Source: Macrostomum hystrix
Lineage: Eukaryota; Animalia; Platyhelminthes
Reading direction: 5' to 3'
Assembly: GCA_950097015.1 (NCBI GenBank)
Contig: CATNEN010000031.1
Location: forward strand, 124,001 to 188,000
Length of the DNA stretch: 64,000 nucleotides
The first letter of the stretch is position 1; each line of letters begins with the position of its first letter. Shown here piece after piece: positions 36,886 to 49,444 of this stretch. A model generated the notes under the pieces. That model made no database searches and was not told where the DNA came from. It saw nothing but the letters and a program-made list of their open reading frames with translations. Made by a program: the position numbers and the translations under genes.

Positions 36886-39876
36886 ATGGCATCGCGAGCA
36901 GACGACCTGCCGCTGGACGACCCTGCAACGACGGAGGCCTGGTTGAGGAGCTTCGCCGCCATGAGCCGCAATAAGAAATTGAAGGACACGGCAGAGGAGA
37001 GACAGGTGACGGACTTGTTCCTTGCCAGGGCAGGCGTAAGCGCAGTTCGTGTCGTAAGTGTGATGGCGAGACCAAAAGAGTTGGAGGAGATGAACTTCGA
37101 GGACATCAGAAAGCTGATCTTGGAAAAGGTTCGCCCAAAGAAGAAGCTGATCATTGCCGAGCGCTCTCGGTTTTTGTCCCTGCGCCAAGAAGCAACTGAG
37201 TCAGCACAAAATTTCGCCCAGAGACTTCGAGATGCCGCCCGCTTCTGCGAGTTCGACAAGCTGAACGCCGAAGACAGCAAACAGTCAGCAGAGGACGAGC
37301 TCATCCAGACAATGCTGGTCAGTGGCCTGCACAATGCACAGCATCGCAGCAAAATTCTTGAGCACATCCAGAGCTCACAGCAACAGGTGACGCTCGAAAA
37401 CAGCGTGGAGTTTGTCCAACAACTCGAGCTCATCCAGCAATACAGCGGAGCGGAGAGACAGAAGGCACCGGAGCCAGCGACGATCGAGCCGGCGTCCATC
37501 GCCAGCGTGGACAAAAACCGCGGGGGCCCGAAGACCGCCTGCAAAGCCTGCGGCCTACAGCACCAGCCTGACCGCTGCCCAGCTTGGGGCAAAACCTGCA
37601 ACAAGTGCCGCAAGCGAAACCATTTCGCGGTCGTGTGCAGATCCGGGACCAAGGCAGCGCATGAAGTCACGGAAACAGCCGGGGCCGACACCATCAGTAG
37701 CACTCATCAGCAGAAGACCAGCAGCCTGAAGACAGTGCTGATCGAGGGTAAACGCATGGAGATGCAGCTGGACTCCGGCTCTGATGCCAGCATCATCCCG
37801 AGAAATTTCTGGCAGCAACTGGGCGAGCCGAAGTTGCGGAAATGCCGCCGGCAACTCAGGCAGTTCGACGGATCAGCCATCAAAACCCTCGGCAGCTTCA
37901 CAGCGGCTGTCGAGCTAGAAGACAAGGTCGCCTGCGTGGACATCATCGTCGCGGCCTGCAACAAGACACACGGTCTGCTGGGCACCGACTTGCTGCAGTT
38001 CGACCTGGACGGCGTGTCCCTGCACAACGTCGAGGAAGCACCGGCAGTCACGCTGGGAAAGCTTCGCGGATTCCGGGCCCGCATCGTTCTGAAGGACCAG
38101 GCCCGGCCTAGCTACTTCGAGGCTCGACCTGTCCCGATCCACCTGAAACCGCTGGTCATCGCTAAGCTCAGGAAGCTGATCAATGCCGGAATCCTGGAGA
38201 CGGTCCGCCCCGGAGGCAGCCAGTGGGCATCCCCTATCGTCATCGTGAGGAAACCGGACGGCGACTTGCGGATCTGCGCCGACTACAAAGTGAGTGTGAA
38301 CCCGCAAATTTGCGCAGACTCGTACCCGCTCCCGAACATCGAGACAGCCTTTACAGAGCTGTCAGGGATGTCCCACTTCGCCACGGTTGACCTGACGAAC
38401 GCCTACAACCAGATCGAGCTGGACGAGTCGGCCAGGGAAATCCTCACCATCAACACCCCGATCGGTTTGCTGCGCTGGACGAGGATGCCTTACGGCGTGA
38501 AAACTGCGAGCGCGCAGTTCCAAGCTGCCATGGAAGCCACGATCGGCGGTCTGGTGACGAACCTGGTGATCTATCAGGACGATGTCTGCATCGGCGCCCG
38601 GACAGCAGCTGAACTGGACGCAAAAGTCGAACAACTGCTAGCCAAGCTGAGCAAGTCAGGGATGGAGATCAACGAGAAAAAGTGCGTCTTCAGGAGCACC
38701 GAAATATCCTTTCTGGGATACCGAATCTCTGCTGAAGGCATCCGGCCGGACACCAAGCTGGTGGAGAAAGTGCTGCAAACCAAAGCGCCAACGTGTCGGA
38801 AGGAACTGGAGCCATTCCTAGGGCTGACTAACTACTACGCCCGCTACATCCAGGCCTACTCCGAGCGAGTCGAGTCGCTGACTGCCTTAAGGAGCCGCCA
38901 GACACCGTTCAAATGGGGCCCGAACCAGCAGAAGGCGTTCGACGAACTTAAACGGGCGCTGGCGGCCTATCCGGTGATCCGGATCTTCGACCCGACGAAG
39001 CGCACGACTCTGACTACGGACGCTAGTGAGAAGGCGGTCTCAGCCATCCTCACGCAAGACGGCCACCCAGTGCTCCACCTCTCCAGGCGGCTGACGGCAG
39101 CCGAGCAAAACTATTCCAACATCGAGAGGGAGGCTCTGGCCATCGTGTGGGCGACACAGCGAGCGAGGCACTTTCTGCTGGGAGCCAAGTTCACGCTAAA
39201 CTGCGATCATCAGCCGCTCGAGTTTATCTTCAGTCCGTCGAAGGAGCTGCCAAAGGTGACATCGGCCAGGATCATGCGCTGGGCTATCCAGTTGGCTGCA
39301 TTCGACTACGACATTGTCTATGTTCGTGGCAGTTGCATTCCACACGTCGATGCTATGTCCAGACTGGAGTTTGAGGATTCGTTCGAAAATCCTAAAGAGG
39401 AGGTGAGTCGCTTCGTTCATTGGACTGAGACTGACGTGCTGAAGCGAAACGAAATTCAACAGGCGACTGACGATGACCCTGTGCTACGGAGCATCCGACA
39501 GCGAATCAAGAACAACGTCTGGAGCAACTGCTCGGCGGCAGAACGGCCGTACAAGAGTGTCCGGCAACAACTGACGGTGGAAGATGGCATCATCTGTCTG
39601 GGAGACCTGATCGTGCCTCCGGCAAGGCTGCGCTCTCGAGTCCTTCAAGCGGCGCATGGAGACTCCCACAGCGGAGCGCTGGCGACACGAAACCGGTTGA
39701 AGAGAGAAGCCTGGTGGCCCGGACACTGCGACGATGTGGAACGCTACGTCAAGCAATGCGCAAAATGCACGGAGATCCGGACTCCACCGGCTCGCGCCAC
39801 CCACCCCTGGCCCGCGGAAAGCGCCGCATGGCAACGAGTGCACATGGACCACGCGCACGTGCCTGGTGTCGGTTGA
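36886..39876 (+). CDS. Gag-Pol polyprotein (gag with CCHC knuckle, aspartic protease, reverse transcriptase, RNase H, integrase zinc finger); frame broken at start of integrase core
   Basis: CPAWGKTCNKCRKRNHFAVVC knuckle; LDSGS protease; RMPYG and YQDD in RT; TDAS...NYSNIEREALAI RNase H; H...H...C..C integrase N-terminus. ATG at 36886 overlaps the PBS. Confidence 0.92.
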   Translation: MASRADDLPLDDPATTEAWLRSFAAMSRNKKLKDTAEERQVTDLFLARAGVSAVRVVSVMARPKELEEMNFEDIRKLILEKVRPKKKLIIAERSRFLSLRQEATESAQNFAQRLRDAARFCEFDKLNAEDSKQSAEDELIQTMLVSGLHNAQHRSKILEHIQSSQQQVTLENSVEFVQQLELIQQYSGAERQKAPEPATIEPASIASVDKNRGGPKTACKACGLQHQPDRCPAWGKTCNKCRKRNHFAVVCRSGTKAAHEVTETAGADTISSTHQQKTSSLKTVLIEGKRMEMQLDSGSDASIIPRNFWQQLGEPKLRKCRRQLRQFDGSAIKTLGSFTAAVELEDKVACVDIIVAACNKTHGLLGTDLLQFDLDGVSLHNVEEAPAVTLGKLRGFRARIVLKDQARPSYFEARPVPIHLKPLVIAKLRKLINAGILETVRPGGSQWASPIVIVRKPDGDLRICADYKVSVNPQICADSYPLPNIETAFTELSGMSHFATVDLTNAYNQIELDESAREILTINTPIGLLRWTRMPYGVKTASAQFQAAMEATIGGLVTNLVIYQDDVCIGARTAAELDAKVEQLLAKLSKSGMEINEKKCVFRSTEISFLGYRISAEGIRPDTKLVEKVLQTKAPTCRKELEPFLGLTNYYARYIQAYSERVESLTALRSRQTPFKWGPNQQKAFDELKRALAAYPVIRIFDPTKRTTLTTDASEKAVSAILTQDGHPVLHLSRRLTAAEQNYSNIEREALAIVWATQRARHFLLGAKFTLNCDHQPLEFIFSPSKELPKVTSARIMRWAIQLAAFDYDIVYVRGSCIPHVDAMSRLEFEDSFENPKEEVSRFVHWTETDVLKRNEIQQATDDDPVLRSIRQRIKNNVWSNCSAAERPYKSVRQQLTVEDGIICLGDLIVPPARLRSRVLQAAHGDSHSGALATRNRLKREAWWPGHCDDVERYVKQCAKCTEIRTPPARATHPWPAESAAWQRVHMDHAHVPGVG

Positions 39877-40656
39877 TCTGTTGATCGTCGTGGACGCGTT
39901 TTCTGGCTGGCCGGAGGCGGTTCGAGTACCAGACCGGAGCGCCCAGACAACGTTGCGCACTCTGCGGGCCATCTTCTCCAAGCTGGGTGTCCCATGCACG
40001 CTGGTCTCGGACAACGCGGCCGAATTCTGCGACGGCGAGCTGCGCGACTGGTTGCGGAGAATCGGCTGCTCGCAGATACACTCACCACCGTACCACCCGG
40101 AGTCAAACGGCCTAGCAGAGCGGATGGTCCAGACTGTCAAACGGGGTCTGGTGGCATTTCCGGTGCATCGCGGATCTTTTGATGCGTATCTGGCCAAGCT
40201 GCTGCTGAACTACAGGGCGACTCCGAGGAGCGACGGCCGAGACAGTCCGTCAGCGCTGATGGGCAGACAACTGAGGAGCCCACTGACCCTGACGTTCAGT
40301 GTCGATGCGCCTGTCATCTACCAGGCTCGTGCCAGCAGCCCTACGGAGTCTGCGCGTTTCGTGGTACAGGCTGGGCACAACACCGCCGTGGTCACCCGAA
40401 AGGATGGTCGGCCGGTGCTCGCTCATCGGGATCAGATCCGCCCACTATCTGACGGCAATGAGCAACCAGTTGGTGACTTGCCTGGGAGGGACGACGGAAG
40501 AAAAGATTCCGCCTCCGAGGTGGCTGCACTCCCGGGTTCTGAGGTGCAGGACGGCCCGGCCCGGCTGGTAGCTTTCAGCCAAATGCAACTTCGGTGCCCA
40601 GACGAAGTGAGCGCAGCAACAAAGGTGTTCCACCCGATCGTCTGGTCCTCCGTTGA
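39877..40656 (+). CDS. Integrase core and C-terminal tail of the Gypsy element (frameshifted continuation)
   Basis: LLIVVDAFSGWPE...LVSDN...PPYHPESNGLAER in frame 2. Removing one T in GGTTGAT (about 39873) restores GVGDLLIVVD. The terminal motif PRRSERSNKGVPPDRL* (stop 40654..40656) is back in frame 1, implying a second indel between 40543 and 40597. Confidence 0.85.
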
Positions 40657-40664
40657 CGGGGAGA

Positions 40665-40921
40665 TGTGGCGCCGTCGGTCCATCGCGGCCAGGCGCATTG
40701 ATAGCCTGAGCGTGGGCGGGCACGGTGCCGCCAATGTCCTTTAACTCTTCACTGACCTATTAATGTACATGCCTATTGTGTGGCACGTGGCCACCGCTCA
40801 ATAATATCGCACGTTGTACTTGTATCTCGCGTTCTATATAAGTGATGTGACTGATGCACAAATATATTATCGTAATCGCTCCAAACTAACAAACATAAGA
40901 GTCACTCTAAACGACACGACA
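40665..40921 (+). repeat. 3' LTR (257 bp)
   Basis: Preceded by PPT, followed by TSD GCCAT. Confidence 0.96.
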
Positions 40922-41290
40922 GCCATGATTCAAACTCTTGTTTAGCCATGATTCAAACTCTGGTTTAGCCATGATTCAAACTCTGGTTTAGCCATGATTC
41001 AGACGCTGGTTTAGCCATGATTCAAACGCTTGGTTAGCTATGATTCAAACTCTGGTTTAGCCATGATTCAAGCTCTGGTTTAGCCATGATTCAGACGCTG
41101 TTTTTGCCATGATTCAAGCTCTGGTTTAGCCATGATTCAGACGTTGCTTTTGCCATGATTCAAGCTCTGGTTTAGCCATGATTCAGACGCTGTTTTTGCC
41201 ATGATATAAAACCGGGTTTAGCCATGATTCAAACGCTAGTTTTGTCATTGATTCAAACTCTATTTTTGCAATGATTCAAACTCAGATTTT
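40922..41290. repeat. 23-bp satellite, remainder of the main array beyond the LTR element (more degenerate monomers)
   Basis: Monomer phase resumes exactly at the TSD. Confidence 0.93.
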
Positions 41291-41417
41291 CTATGGTTTA
41301 TAATATTTTATTTACGAAATGAAAAAAATAAATTAAAATAATCTTCAATTACTACTGGCTGAAAATTAGTCTAAACGAGCTAAACTCCTCCTCCGGAGGA
41401 GGTTGAGGGGAGGGAAC

Positions 41418-42975
41418 TCCCATCGCCTGATCTCCCATCGCGTCATCTCCTATCGCCTGATCTCCCATCGCGTCATCTCCTATCGCCTGATCTCCCATCG
41501 CCTGATCTCCCATCGCCTAATCTCCCATCGTCTCATCTCCCATCGCCTCATCTCCCATCGCCTCATCTCCCATCGCCTCATCTCCCATCGCCTCATCTCC
41601 CATCGCCTCATCTCCCATCGCCTCATCTCCCGTCGCCTGATCTCCCATCGCTTCATCTCCCATCGGCTCATCTCCCATCGCCTCATCTTCCATCACCTGA
41701 TCACCCATCACCTCATCTCCCATCGCCTAATCTCCCATCGCATCATCTCCCATCGTCTCATCTCCCATCGCCTCATCTCCTATCGCCTGATCTCCCATCG
41801 CCTAATCTCCCATCGCCTCATCTACCATCGCCTCATCTCCCGTCGCCACATCTCCTATCGCCTGATCTCCCATCGCCTCATTTCTCATTGCCTCATCTCC
41901 CGTCGCCACATCTCCCATCGCCTGATCTCCCATCGCCTGATCTCCCATCGCCTCATCTCCCATCGCCTGATCTTCCATCGCCTGATCTCCCATCGCCTGA
42001 TCTCCCATCGGCTCATCTCCCGTCGCCTGATCTCCCATCGCCTGATCTCCTATCGCCTGATCTCCCATCGCCTCATCTCCTATCGCCTGATCTCCCATCG
42101 CCTGATCTCCCATCGCCTCATCTCCCATCGGCTCATCTCCCGTCGCCTGATCTCCCATCGCCTGATCACCCATCACCTCATCTCCCATCGCCTAATCTCC
42201 CATCGCATCATCTCCCATCGTCTTATCTCCCATCGCCTCATCTCCTATCGCCTGATCTCCCATCGCCTAATCTCCCATCGCCTCATCTCCCATCGCCTCA
42301 TCTCCCGTCGCCACATCTCCCGTCGCCACATCTCCTATCGCCTGATCTCCTATCGCCTGATCTCCCATCGCCTCATCTCCTATCGCCTGATCTCCCATCG
42401 CCTGATCTCCCATCGCCTCATCTCCCATCGGCTCATCTCCCGTCGCCTGATCTCCCATCGCCTGATCACCCATCACCTCATCTCCCATCGCCTAATCTCC
42501 CATCGCATCATCTCCCATCGTCTCATCTCCCATCGCCTCATCTCCTATCGCCTGATCTCCCATCGCCTAATCTCCCATCGCCTCATCTCCCATCGCCTCA
42601 TCTCCCGTCGCCACATCTCCCGTCGCCACATCTCCTATCGCCTGATCTCCCATCGCCTCATTTCTCATTGCCTCATCTCCCGTCGCCACATCTCCCATCG
42701 CCTGATCTCCCATCGCCTCATCTCCCATCGCCTGATCTTCCATCGCCTGATCTCCCATCGCCTGATCTCCCATCGGCTCATCTCCCGTCGCCTGATCTCC
42801 CATCGCCTGATCTCCCATCGCCTGATCTCCTATCGCCTGATCTCCCATCGCCTCATCTCCTATCGCCTGATCTCCCATCGCCTGATCTCCCATCGCCTCA
42901 TCTCCCATCGGCTCATCTCCCGTCGCCTGATCTCCCATTGCCTGATCTCCCATTGCCTGATCTCAAATCGCCTCA
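41418..42975. repeat. 15-bp satellite ATCTCCCATCGCCT(C/G/A) in unit B1
   Basis: Read directly; ends approximate. Confidence 0.95.
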
Positions 42976-43629
42976 GTTCTTTTCAAATGTTAAAAGGCAA
43001 AATAATAATTCACAGTTGAAATTTCATTGCCTTTAGCGCAAAGGGCAGCCAGTTTTTTAGTAAGTACATTCTTCTCCGCCTACACTGAGAGGCCCGCAAA
43101 TTTTATCAATTGAATTTTAACCCAGCCAACTCTGCCCTGCCCATTGTACGCACTTCAATATTGAACAAATCAGACCCCTCAATAGAAATAACTCGCGGCA
43201 CCCTCTCTCCGCCAATACACAGGGACAGTTAGAATGTGCGTACGGCCAACTCTCCGCCCCATTTTCAAACCGACTGCCAACCCTCCACTGGAGAGAAAAT
43301 ACACTAAACAGATAGGCACAAAATGTTGACGCAACTCATTTAATCGAGGCCAATTTCATCACAGCGGGAAGGACATTTGCCTACTATATACTACTTAATA
43401 GCCTTTCTGCTTTTTTGAGGATCATAGAATTTGAAATTTCAGAATTAAAATAGCCTATAGCCTTCCTCGGAAAATTTCCCATTTTCCCATATAAGTTTCA
43501 ACGCTGAGTTGCCAGTATTCTAGGAGGAGATGTCGAACTGACACACACACAGACACACAGACAAACAACACGTGAAAATTAGTATATTTACGAGCTAAAC
43601 TCCTCCTCCGGAGGAGGTTGAGGGGAGAG

Positions 43630-44262
43630 AACTCCCATCGCCTGATCTCCCACCGTCTCATCTCCCATCGCCTCATCTCCCATCGCCTCATCTCCCATCG
43701 CGTCATCTCCTATCGCCTGATCTCCCATCGCCTCATCTCCCATCGCCTCATCTCCCATCGCCTCATCTCCCGTCGCCTAATCTCCCATCGCATCATCTCC
43801 CATCGCCTCATCTCCCATCCCCTCATCTCCCGTCGCCTGATCTCCCATCGCCTCATCTCCCATCGCCTGATCTCCTATCCCCTCATCTCCCATCGCATAA
43901 TCTCCCATCGCCTCATCTCCTATCGCCTCATCTTTCATCGCCTCATCTACCATCGCCTGATCTCCCATCGCCTGATCTCCCATCCCCTCATCTCCCGTCG
44001 CCTAATCTCCCATCGCCTGATCTCCCATCCCCTCATCTCCCGTCGCCTGATCTCCCATCGCCTCATCTCCCATCGCCTGATCTCCTATCCCCTCATCTCC
44101 CGTCGCCTGATCTCCCATCGCGTCATCTTTCATCGCCTCATCTCTCATCACCTCATCTCCCATCGCCTCATCTCCCATCGCCTCATCTCCCATCGCCTCA
44201 TCTCTCATCGCCTAAACTCCCATTGCCTCATCTTCCGTCGCCACATCTCCCATCGCCTCATC
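43630..44262. repeat. 15-bp satellite in unit B2
   Basis: Read directly; ends approximate. Confidence 0.95.
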
Positions 44263-45435
44263 TAACCAAAAACTCCTCACCCAATGATGTCTGAAAGTAG
44301 CAATGTGCGTAAACCGCCTTTTGTCCGACTAAACTGCTGAAAACAATTCAAAATTGACCAATTTTTATTTAGCTACCATGCCCAGAATCTTCAGAATTAA
44401 AATAGACGACAACTTTCGGATAAGATTGAGGGGCTAGAAATCATATCGCGCGAACTCCATCAACTTTAAATTAAACCCCACCCGTTAAAACAGGTGAAGT
44501 CCGAGCCATTAATATTGACGACAGCCAGTTCTCCGGGCCCCGCTCAGTCAGAGGTGCGAATTTCAATAAATAAAATTCAACAGCCCGCCTTCGAGAATAG
44601 GAATGTGTGAAACTGTATTGTGGCGAATTCTCTCTCCTTAGCAATCTCGCCGAGACACTGTACACTCAGCTGAAAGCATTGCAAAAGTATAAAAACTTTA
44701 TTTGCCCTTGGCATCCCCAATTTCGGAATTCAGCAATGAAATTTATATCTCTGGATTTAGAACTTCAAGTTCTCTCCAGCAGTACAAATGTTATCCACAA
44801 ATCTTAAAAAAGCAAAATAATATTCTCAGTTGAAATTTCTGCAAAAGGCAGCCAGTTTTTTATTAAGTACATTCTTCTCCACCTACACTGAGAGGCCCGC
44901 AAATTTTATCAATTGAATTTTAACCCAGCCAACTCTGCCCTGCCCATTGTACGCACTTCAATATTGAACAAATCAGACCCCTCAATAGAACTGACTAACG
45001 GCACCCTCTCTCCGCCAATACACAGAGGCAGTTAGAATGTGCGTACGGCCACCTCTCCGCCCCATTTTTTTCAAACCGACTGCCAACCCTCCACTGGAGA
45101 GAAAATACACTAAACAGATAGGCACAAAATGTTGACGCAACTCATTTAACCGAGGCCAATTTCATCACAGCGGGAAGGACATTTGCCTACTATATACTAC
45201 TTAATAGCCTTTCTGCTTTTTTGAGGATCATAGAATTTGAAATTTCAGAATTAAAATAGCCTATAGCCTTCCTCGGAAAATTTCCCATTTTCCCATATAA
45301 GTTTCAACGCTGAGTTGCCAGTATTCTAGGAGGAGATGTCGAACTGACACACACACACACAGACAGACAAACAACACGTGAAAATTAGTATATTTACGAG
45401 CTAAACTCCTCCTCCGGAGGAGGTTGAGGGGAGAG

Positions 45436-47220
45436 AACTCCCATCGCCTGATCTCCAATCGCCTGATCTTCCCCCGCCTGATCTCCCACCGTCTCATCTC
45501 CCATCGCCTCATCTCCCATCGCCTAATCTCCCATCGCCTAATCTCCCATCGCCTGATCTCCCATTGCCTGATCTCCCATCGCCTCATCTCCCATCGCCTA
45601 ATCTCCCATCGGCTGATCTCCCATCGGCTGATCTCCCATCGCCTCATCTCCAATCGCCTGATCTCCCATCGCCTAATCTCCCATCGCCTCATCTCCCATC
45701 GCCTAATCTCCCATCGCCTAATCTCCCATCGCCTCATCTCCCATCGCCTCATCTTCCATCACCTGATCACCCATCACCTCATCTCCCATCGCCTAATCTC
45801 CCATCGCATCATCTCCCATCGTCTCATCTCCCATCGCCTCATCTCCTATCGCCTAATCTCCCATCGCCTCATCTCCCATCGCCTCATCTCCCATCGCCTC
45901 ATCTCACATCGCCTGATCTCCCATCGCCTCATCTCCCATCGCCTAATCTCCCATCGCCTAATCTCCCATCGCCTGATCTCCCATTGCCTGATCTCCCATC
46001 GCCTCATCTCCCATCGCCTAATCTCCCATCGGCTGATCTCCCATCGGCTGATCTCCCATCGCCTCATCTCCAATCGCCTGATCTCCCATCGCCTAATCTC
46101 CCATCGCCTCATCTCCCATCGCCTAATCTCCCATCGCCTAATCTCCCATCGCCTCATCTCCCATTGCCTGATCTCCCATCGCCTCATCTCCCATCGCCTA
46201 ATCTCCCATCGGCTGATCTCCCATCGGCTGATCTCCCATCGCCTCATCTCCAATCGCCTGATCTCCCATCGCCTAATCTCCCATCGCCTCATCTCCCATC
46301 GCCTAATCTCCCATCGCCTAATCTCCCATCGCCTCATCTCCCATCGCCTCATCTTCCATCACCTGATCACCCATCACCTCATCTCCCATCGCCTAATCTC
46401 CCATCGCATCATCTCCCATCGTCTCATCTCCCATCGCCTCATCTCCTATCGCCTAATCTCCCATCGCCTCATCTCCCATCGCCTCATCTCCCATCGCCTC
46501 ATCTCACATCGCCTGATCTCCCATCGCCTCATCTCCCATCGCCTAATCTCCCATCGCCTAATCTCCCATCGCCTGATCTCCCATTGCCTGATCTCCCATC
46601 GCCTCATCTCCCATCGCCTAATCTCCCATCGGCTGATCTCCCATCGGCTGATCTCCCATCGCCTCATCTCCAATCGCCTGATCTCCCATCGCCTAATCTC
46701 CCATCGCCTCATCTCCCATCGCCTAATCTCCCATCGCCTAATCTCCCATCGCCTCATCTCCCATCGCCTCATCTTCCATCACCTGATCACCCATCACCTC
46801 ATCTCCCATCGCCTAATCTCCCATCGCCTCATCTCCCATCGCCTCATCTCCCATCGCCTCATCTCCCATCGCCTGATCTCCCATCGCCTGATCTCCCATC
46901 GCCTGATCTCCCATAGCCTCATCTCCCATCGGCTCATCTCCCGTCGCCTGATCTCCCATCGCCTGATCTCCTATCGCCTGATCTCCTATCGCCTGATCTC
47001 CCATCGCCTAATCTCCCATCGCCTCATCTCCCATCGCCTGATCTCCCATCGCCTGATCTCCCATCGCCTGATCTCCCATCGGCTCATCTCCCGTTGCCTG
47101 ATCTCCCATCGCCTGATCTCCCATCGCCTGATCTCCCATCGCCTCATCTCCGATCGCCTGATCTCCCATCGCCTGATCTCCCATTGCCTGATCTCCCATT
47201 GCCTGATCTCAAATCGCCTC
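45436..47220. repeat. 15-bp satellite in unit B3
   Basis: Read directly; ends approximate. Confidence 0.95.
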
Positions 47221-47878
47221 AGTTCTTTTCAAATGTTACAAAGCAAAATAATAATTCACAGTTGAAATTTCATTGCCTTTAGCGCAAAGGGCAGCCAGTT
47301 TTTTAGTAAGTACATTCTTCTCCGCCTACACTGAGAGGCCCGCAAATTAAAAAATTATATTTTAACCCAGCCAACTCTGCCCTGCCCATTGTACGCACTT
47401 CAATATTGAACAAATCAGACCCCTCAATAGAACTGACTAACGGCACCCTCTCTCCGCCAATACACAGAGGCAGTTAGAATGTGCGTACGGCCACCTCTCC
47501 GCCCCATTTTTTTTCAAACCGACTGCCAACCCTCCACTGGAGAGAAAATACACTAAACAGATAGGCACAAAATGTTGACGCAACTCATTTAACCGAGGCC
47601 AATTTCATCACAGCGGGAAGGACATTTGCCTACTATATACTACTTAATAGCCTTTCTGCTTTTTTGAGGATCATAGAATTTGAAATTTCAGAATTAAAAT
47701 AGCCTATAGCCTTCCTCGGAAAATTTCCCATTTTCCCATATAAGTTTCAACGCTGAGTTGCCAGTATTCTAGGAGGAGATGTCGAACTGACACACAGACA
47801 CACAGACAGACAAACAACACGTGAAAATTAGTATATTTACGAGCTAAACTCCTCCTCCGGAGGAGGTTGAGGGGAGAG

Positions 47879-48271
47879 AACTCCCATCGCCTGATCTCCA
47901 ATCGCCTGATCTTCCCCCGCCTGATCTCCCACCGTCTCATCTCCCATCGCCTCATCTCCCATCGCCTAATCTCCCATCGCCTAATCTCCCATCGCCTGAT
48001 CTCCCATTGCCTGATCTCCCATCGCCTCATCTCCCATCGCCTAATCTCCCATCGGCTGATCTCCCATCGGCTGATCTCCCATCGCCTCATCTCCCATCGC
48101 CTGATCTCCTATCCCCTCATCTCCCGTCGCCTGATCTCCCATCGCCTCATCTTTCATCGCCTCATCTCCCATCGCCTCATCTCCCATCGCCTCATCTCCC
48201 ATCGCCTTATCTCTCATCGCCTAAACTCCCATTGCCTCATCTCCCGTCGCCACATCTCCCATCGCCTCATC
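47879..48271. repeat. 15-bp satellite in unit B4
   Basis: Read directly; ends approximate. Confidence 0.95.
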
Positions 48272-49444
48272 TAACCAAAAACTCCTCACCCAATGATGTC
48301 TGAAAGTAGCAATGTGCGTAAACCGCCTTTTGTCCGACTAAACTGCTGAAAACAATTCAAAATTGACCAATTTTTATTTAGCTACCATGCCCAGAATCTT
48401 CAGAATTAAAATAGACGACAACTTTCGGATAAGATTGAGGGGCTAGAAATCATATCGCGCGAACTCCATCAACTTTAAATTAAACCCCACCCGTTAAAAC
48501 AGGTGAAGTCCGAGCCATTAATATTGACGACAGCCAGTTCTCCGGGCCCCGCTCAGTCAGAGGTGCGAATTTCAATAAATAAAATTCAACAGCCCGCCTT
48601 CGAGAATAGGAATGTGTGAAACTGTATTGTGGCGAATTCTCTCTCCTTAGCAATCTCGCCGAGACACTGTACACTCAGCTGAAAGCATTGCAAAAGTATA
48701 AAAACTTTATTTGCCCTTGGCATCCCCAATTTCGGAATTCAGCAATGAAATTTATATCTCTGGATTTAGAACTTCAAGTTCTCTCCAGCAGTACAAATGT
48801 TATCCACAAATCTTAAAAAAGCAAAATAATATTCTCAGTTGAAATTTCTGCAAAAGGCAGCCAGTTTTTTATTAAGTACATTCTTCTCCACCTACACTGA
48901 GAGGCCCGCAAATTTTATCAATTGAATTTTAACCCAGCCAACTCTGCCCTGCCCATTGTACGCACTTCAATATTGAACAAATCAGACCCCTCAATAGAAC
49001 TGACTAACGGCACCCTCTCTCCGCCAATACACAGAGGCAGTTAGAATGTGCGTACGGCCACCTCTCCGCCCCATTTTTTTCAAACCGACTGCCAACCCTC
49101 CACTGGAGAGAAAATACACTAAACAGATAGGCACAAAATGTTGACGCAACTCATTTAACCGAGGCCAATTTCATCACAGCGGGAAGGACATTTGCCTACT
49201 ATATACTACTTAATAGCCTTTCTGCTTTTTTGAGGATCATAGAATTTGAAATTTCAGAATTAAAATAGCCTATAGCCTTCCTCGGAAAATTTCCCATTTT
49301 CCCATATAAGTTTCAACGCTGAGTTGCCAGTATTCTAGGAGGAGATGTCGAACTGACACACACACACACAGACAGACAAACAACACGTGAAAATTAGTAT
49401 ATTTACGAGCTAAACTCCTCCTCCGGAGGAGGTTGAGGGGAGAG

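Larger units (their letters stand above)
36629..40921 (+). mobile_element. Ty3/Gypsy LTR retrotransposon (Mag-like), 4293 bp, recent insertion into the 23-bp satellite
   Basis: 257-bp LTRs with TG...CA ends differing at one base. 5-bp TSD GCCAT (36624..36628 / 40922..40926). PBS-like TGGCATCGCGAGCAG right after the 5' LTR and PPT GACGGGGAGA before the 3' LTR. Domain order gag-PR-RT-RH-IN. Confidence 0.96.

Noticed and set aside
36831-40734. Many overlapping and antisense ORFs within the Gypsy element, and similar ones over the helicase (e.g. 61949..62491 +) and P transposase
   Set aside because: Shadow ORFs of GC-rich coding sequence with no recognisable motifs.
44471-45752. Recurrent non-repeat ORFs in B units (MYSVSARLL..., MKLYCGEF..., ...EFSPLNLLRRRS...)
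   Set aside because: They recur only because the units are duplicated; short, spanning element junctions, no known motifs.
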